This document shows, piece by piece, positions 61,034-64,000 of a stretch of DNA of 64,000 bases. Location of the stretch: positions 64,001 to 128,000 of IMG/VR virus record IMGVR_UViG_3300021256_001754; one strand, written 5' to 3'. Both the position numbers and the translations under genes were made by a program. Each line of letters opens with the position of its first letter. The first letter of the stretch is position 1. Source of the DNA: a virus. Its lineage: Duplodnaviria; Caudoviricetes. The notes under the pieces were generated by a model. It made no database searches and was not told the origin of the DNA. It was given only the letters and a program-made list of their open reading frames with translations.

Positions 61034-62074
61034 TTATGACAATGGTTTTATTTCTACAGTCTGAACGTAGTTTTCATTCCAAACTCCATTAGAATCAAGC
61101 CAGCAATATCCTCTACCCTTACTATCCTTGATATAGCAATTCTTAGCCATTGCACCATCACTCTTAAGATAATACCACTGACCCTTATACTTAATCCACT
61201 GATTAGCAAGCATCTTTCCATCAGCACCGAGATAATACCACTCTCCCTTATACTGAAGCCATCTGTTAGTATAAGCAGCACCATCAGAACCAACATAGTA
61301 CCAATCATTTCCGGTCTGAACCCAAGTATTTGCAGCCATTGCACCACTCTTTCCAAGATAATACATCTTACCTTCGTCGGTAATCCATCCAGTCTGCATA
61401 ACACCATTATTATCAAAATAGTACCATACTTCTTTGATTTTATACCAACCATGTGCATTCTGACCAGGAGCTATTCTATAATACCATACTGATCCAGTAT
61501 CTATCCATGTAGGATAATCTGCAGTATCAACATTTGTTGTATTAGGCTGAGCTTTCTTACCTGTAGTAAGATTTGTTGCTGCATGATGGTTCTCATACAA
61601 TAAAATATCTCCAGGGAGAAGATAATCGTCACTTGTGAGATATTTAGAAGCTGTCAATACCTGGAATCCAGCTTTCTTAAATGCTTCTTTCATATTACCG
61701 GAATAGATATCTTTTGAGAGTGATTTAAGTTTAGCTATATTATATTTATATCCGGTAGCCTTTACACATGCAGTAACACCAGCAGTACAATCAGCATCAC
61801 ACTTATTAACGATCTTGCTAGGATCATAATTAGCATACTGAAGCTGAGTCCAGAATGAAGTACGCTTATACTGATTGTACCCAACGTTATCATTCATTGC
61901 TGCTTTATAAGCATTCTCTGCTATAGTATAAGCAACTGTTGGATCTGGATATCTTAATACTACAGTCCAAGGACGATTATACCATCCTATAACAGCCCAC
62001 TCTGTTTTAGTCTGGTCTCCGGCAACTCCACCATGATACTTTCCATTTTCGTCATGTCCACTATTGGAAATCAT
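61034..62074 (-). CDS. endolysin: NlpC/P60-CHAP-like catalytic domain plus cell-wall (choline-type) binding repeats
   Basis: DCTAGV...GDILL...HH; repeated WYYxxxxGxMxxxW. Confidence 0.8.
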   Translation of the reverse strand: MISNSGHDENGKYHGGVAGDQTKTEWAVIGWYNRPWTVVLRYPDPTVAYTIAENAYKAAMNDNVGYNQYKRTSFWTQLQYANYDPSKIVNKCDADCTAGVTACVKATGYKYNIAKLKSLSKDIYSGNMKEAFKKAGFQVLTASKYLTSDDYLLPGDILLYENHHAATNLTTGKKAQPNTTNVDTADYPTWIDTGSVWYYRIAPGQNAHGWYKIKEVWYYFDNNGVMQTGWITDEGKMYYLGKSGAMAANTWVQTGNDWYYVGSDGAAYTNRWLQYKGEWYYLGADGKMLANQWIKYKGQWYYLKSDGAMAKNCYIKDSKGRGYCWLDSNGVWNENYVQTVEIKPLS

Positions 62075-62129
62075 AAGTCTATCCTCCTTTATAGATGATC
62101 ACTAAATTATTATCTTCATGTGAAAGGAT

Positions 62130-62423
62130 ATGATAAATTACCAAGAATATATAGCATTTTTCTCACCTTTTGATGAAAAACATTATGGAGAAAAATATAT
62201 GAGTGTATATACTGATACAAATGGTAATATAAATTTAACTCAAGAAACAGGTGTTTATCCTACCAATTTTATATCTATTACGGCAGACAACACAGCAAAT
62301 TCATTATTTATATACCCTTATACTTACTATGAAAATTTATATTGTAGAGTAAAGCATGGATTTATAGTTGAAGATTATATCAATCAACGAGCCGATTTTC
62401 ATATAATCTATATAATAGATTAG
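62130..62423 (+). CDS. ORF with 14-aa leader fused at variant site TGATGAA to tip-like cassette C15 (62172..62423)
   Basis: site in frame at 62171; TDTNGNINL... tip-like segment. Confidence 0.55.
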   Translation: MINYQEYIAFFSPFDEKHYGEKYMSVYTDTNGNINLTQETGVYPTNFISITADNTANSLFIYPYTYYENLYCRVKHGFIVEDYINQRADFHIIYIID

Positions 62424-62513
62424 TGTGCCTGATTTGAGTTATGAATAAGAAAGAGAACTAATACATAGCCAAGATATAAATTATTTTTTTTTAATACGAT
62501 ACATACATATTAT

Positions 62514-62651
62514 TAGAAAGATTGCTGTGGTTACGTTTTGGTTCCTTTCTGTTGTTCATTTCCAGATTAATTTTCAGCAATCTTTCTAAAGCCGTTAAAA
62601 ACTGTGTCATTCGGAAATCCCAGTAGGAATTTCTTCCTACTGGGATTTTTC
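62514..62651 (+). ncRNA. candidate small RNA (15-bp stem, anti-SD-like loop, terminator)
   Basis: TTAGAAAGATTGCTG/CAGCAATCTTTCTAA perfect IR; loop contains TTCCTTTCT; TACA-N6-TA just upstream; CCAGTAGG hairpin downstream. Confidence 0.5.
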
Positions 62652-62654
62652 GTT

Positions 62655-62993
62655 TTACATAAAATATATTGGTTCAATAATCTTCTTTATAGTAACGTGA
62701 GGTGTAGATAAAGCATCGTCATCTTTATTGGCTATCATATCTTCATATCGACTATAGAATCTCTTTCTTTTCCTTTCGATCTGTTCTTCATCCGGAACTA
62801 GATTAAATTCTCTAGCACACTGTATAAGATCAGAATATTCTTCTTTTATATTAGCATCTATCTCTTCCTCTATTTTAGGAGTAGGATTTTCTCCTCTTAA
62901 TTTTCTAACCTTTTTCATACACGCTTGTATTAATTCACTAGCCTCTTCTGCAAGTTGTTCGTACATAGCGGCCTCACCAATACACTCTATCAT
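62655..62993 (-). CDS. MazG-like NTP pyrophosphohydrolase
   Basis: QLAEEASELIQA...EEYSDL. Confidence 0.7.
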   Translation of the reverse strand: MIECIGEAAMYEQLAEEASELIQACMKKVRKLRGENPTPKIEEEIDANIKEEYSDLIQCAREFNLVPDEEQIERKRKRFYSRYEDMIANKDDDALSTPHVTIKKIIEPIYFM

Positions 62994-63107
62994 AATTACG
63001 ATCTCCTTTACGTAAAATATATTAATATAGCGTTATTATGTAATAATCTTACATCTTATTAATTGTATGAAATATTAACCTATCTTATTAAAGGAGGATA
63101 AATTAAA

Positions 63108-63467
63108 ATGAATAATTCAACGTGGACAATTGGCGATTTAACCACAGAGCAGCGTAAAGTTATTGGAAGTGATAAAAACCTTGGGTCTATTATAGAGAAG
63201 GTAATTCTTCCTTCTGCTAAATCTATAGCAGATAAAGCAATTTCTTTTAATAGAGAGATTGTTAAGGTTGTTCCTGTAGATACTACAAATTTCCAGATTC
63301 GTCCAATTATATCCAAGAAGCCAACAGATGAAAAGTACTCGGTTGTTATTTATATTACAAAGGATAGCATTGATGGTGAAAAGGTTGCTGAGTTTACAGG
63401 TGCATTTGCTGATTATGCTTCAGCTGAGAAAGATCTTGCAGAGTTCAACAAAGAATTACTTAAATAA
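63108..63467 (+). CDS. hypothetical protein
   Basis: 119 aa, AAGGAGG RBS. Confidence 0.7.
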   Translation: MNNSTWTIGDLTTEQRKVIGSDKNLGSIIEKVILPSAKSIADKAISFNREIVKVVPVDTTNFQIRPIISKKPTDEKYSVVIYITKDSIDGEKVAEFTGAFADYASAEKDLAEFNKELLK

Positions 63468-63545
63468 TAATTATAGGGGATAGGAAATATCCTATCCCTG
63501 TTTAACTTTCTATTAAATACAAATACCCCGGAAAGGAGACTAATT

Positions 63546-64000
63546 ATGTCTACAAACGTCAGAACTAAAACGTATGCTGATACGTTTATTTTTTCTGTTG
63601 CAGATGGTTCTACTGATCATGAATTACAAAAAGCTATAGTAGAATTTGTACATGAAGCAGATAGAATCATTCCAGTAGATCCTTCATTTAAGGCTGTTGC
63701 TGATCAGATTAAACTTAGACAGACTACAACTGTTCTCTATAAGATTCTTATGAGAAGGGATATTGTTCTTTGCTCTTATAAAAAAGAAATGCCTGCTACA
63801 ATGAAAGTATTTGCTGCAAAGGATATCAAACTTGATAAGAAGAGAAGAATCTTTATAGACTGTACTAATTTAATCCATATGGAGAATGGATACTGGGTAT
63901 GTAATGAGATAGATAAACTCTGCTCGTATCTATTCGGTGCAATGATCAATCTCTTATACCATGCAAATACCGATAAGATTACATCTAATTCATCTATAGT
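63546..64000 (+). CDS. hypothetical protein, runs off the window end
   Basis: MSTNVRTKTYADTFIF... open to 64000; GAAAGGAG RBS. Confidence 0.65.
   Translation, partial: MSTNVRTKTYADTFIFSVADGSTDHELQKAIVEFVHEADRIIPVDPSFKAVADQIKLRQTTTVLYKILMRRDIVLCSYKKEMPATMKVFAAKDIKLDKKRRIFIDCTNLIHMENGYWVCNEIDKLCSYLFGAMINLLYHANTDKITSNSSI

Noticed and set aside
1-64000. Stop-codon reassignment
   Set aside because: Long conserved genes are intact under the standard bacterial code, and TAA, TAG and TGA all end genes at sensible positions.

Overview
AT-rich, densely coded segment of a large (jumbo) tailed phage genome. It carries two distinct split multisubunit RNA polymerase beta-prime subunits, a DnaB-like helicase, an SF2 helicase, an SbcD/Mre11-like nuclease, baseplate proteins and several modular tail fibres. 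This gene set resembles phiKZ-related AR9/PBS1-type phages. The endolysin with cell-wall-binding repeats suggests a Firmicutes (Lachnospiraceae-like) host. The main discovery is a dispersed library of 14 silent tail-fibre tip cassettes (68-129 aa, most lacking a start codon) scattered over about 40 kb, all on the + strand. Each begins at a TGATGA(C/T) core (two variants: TAATGAC, TGATGAA) in exactly the reading frame of the same core inside the short fibre gene 21705..22412 (...ITQLN-DD-QKDL...). This looks like a receptor-binding-domain swapping system that fits neither a classical invertible shufflon nor a DGR; no recombinase or RT is visible in the window. Other signals are five tRNA-like ncRNAs with covarying stems next to the cassettes, two candidate anti-Shine-Dalgarno sRNAs, a PI(Y/F)F peptide motif shared by DNA/RNA enzymes, a D(F/C/G)G motif shared by the baseplate and fibre C-termini, two promoter classes, a conserved terminator family and a phage-borne PAS-GGDEF protein. 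All family assignments come from reading motifs, not from database searches.
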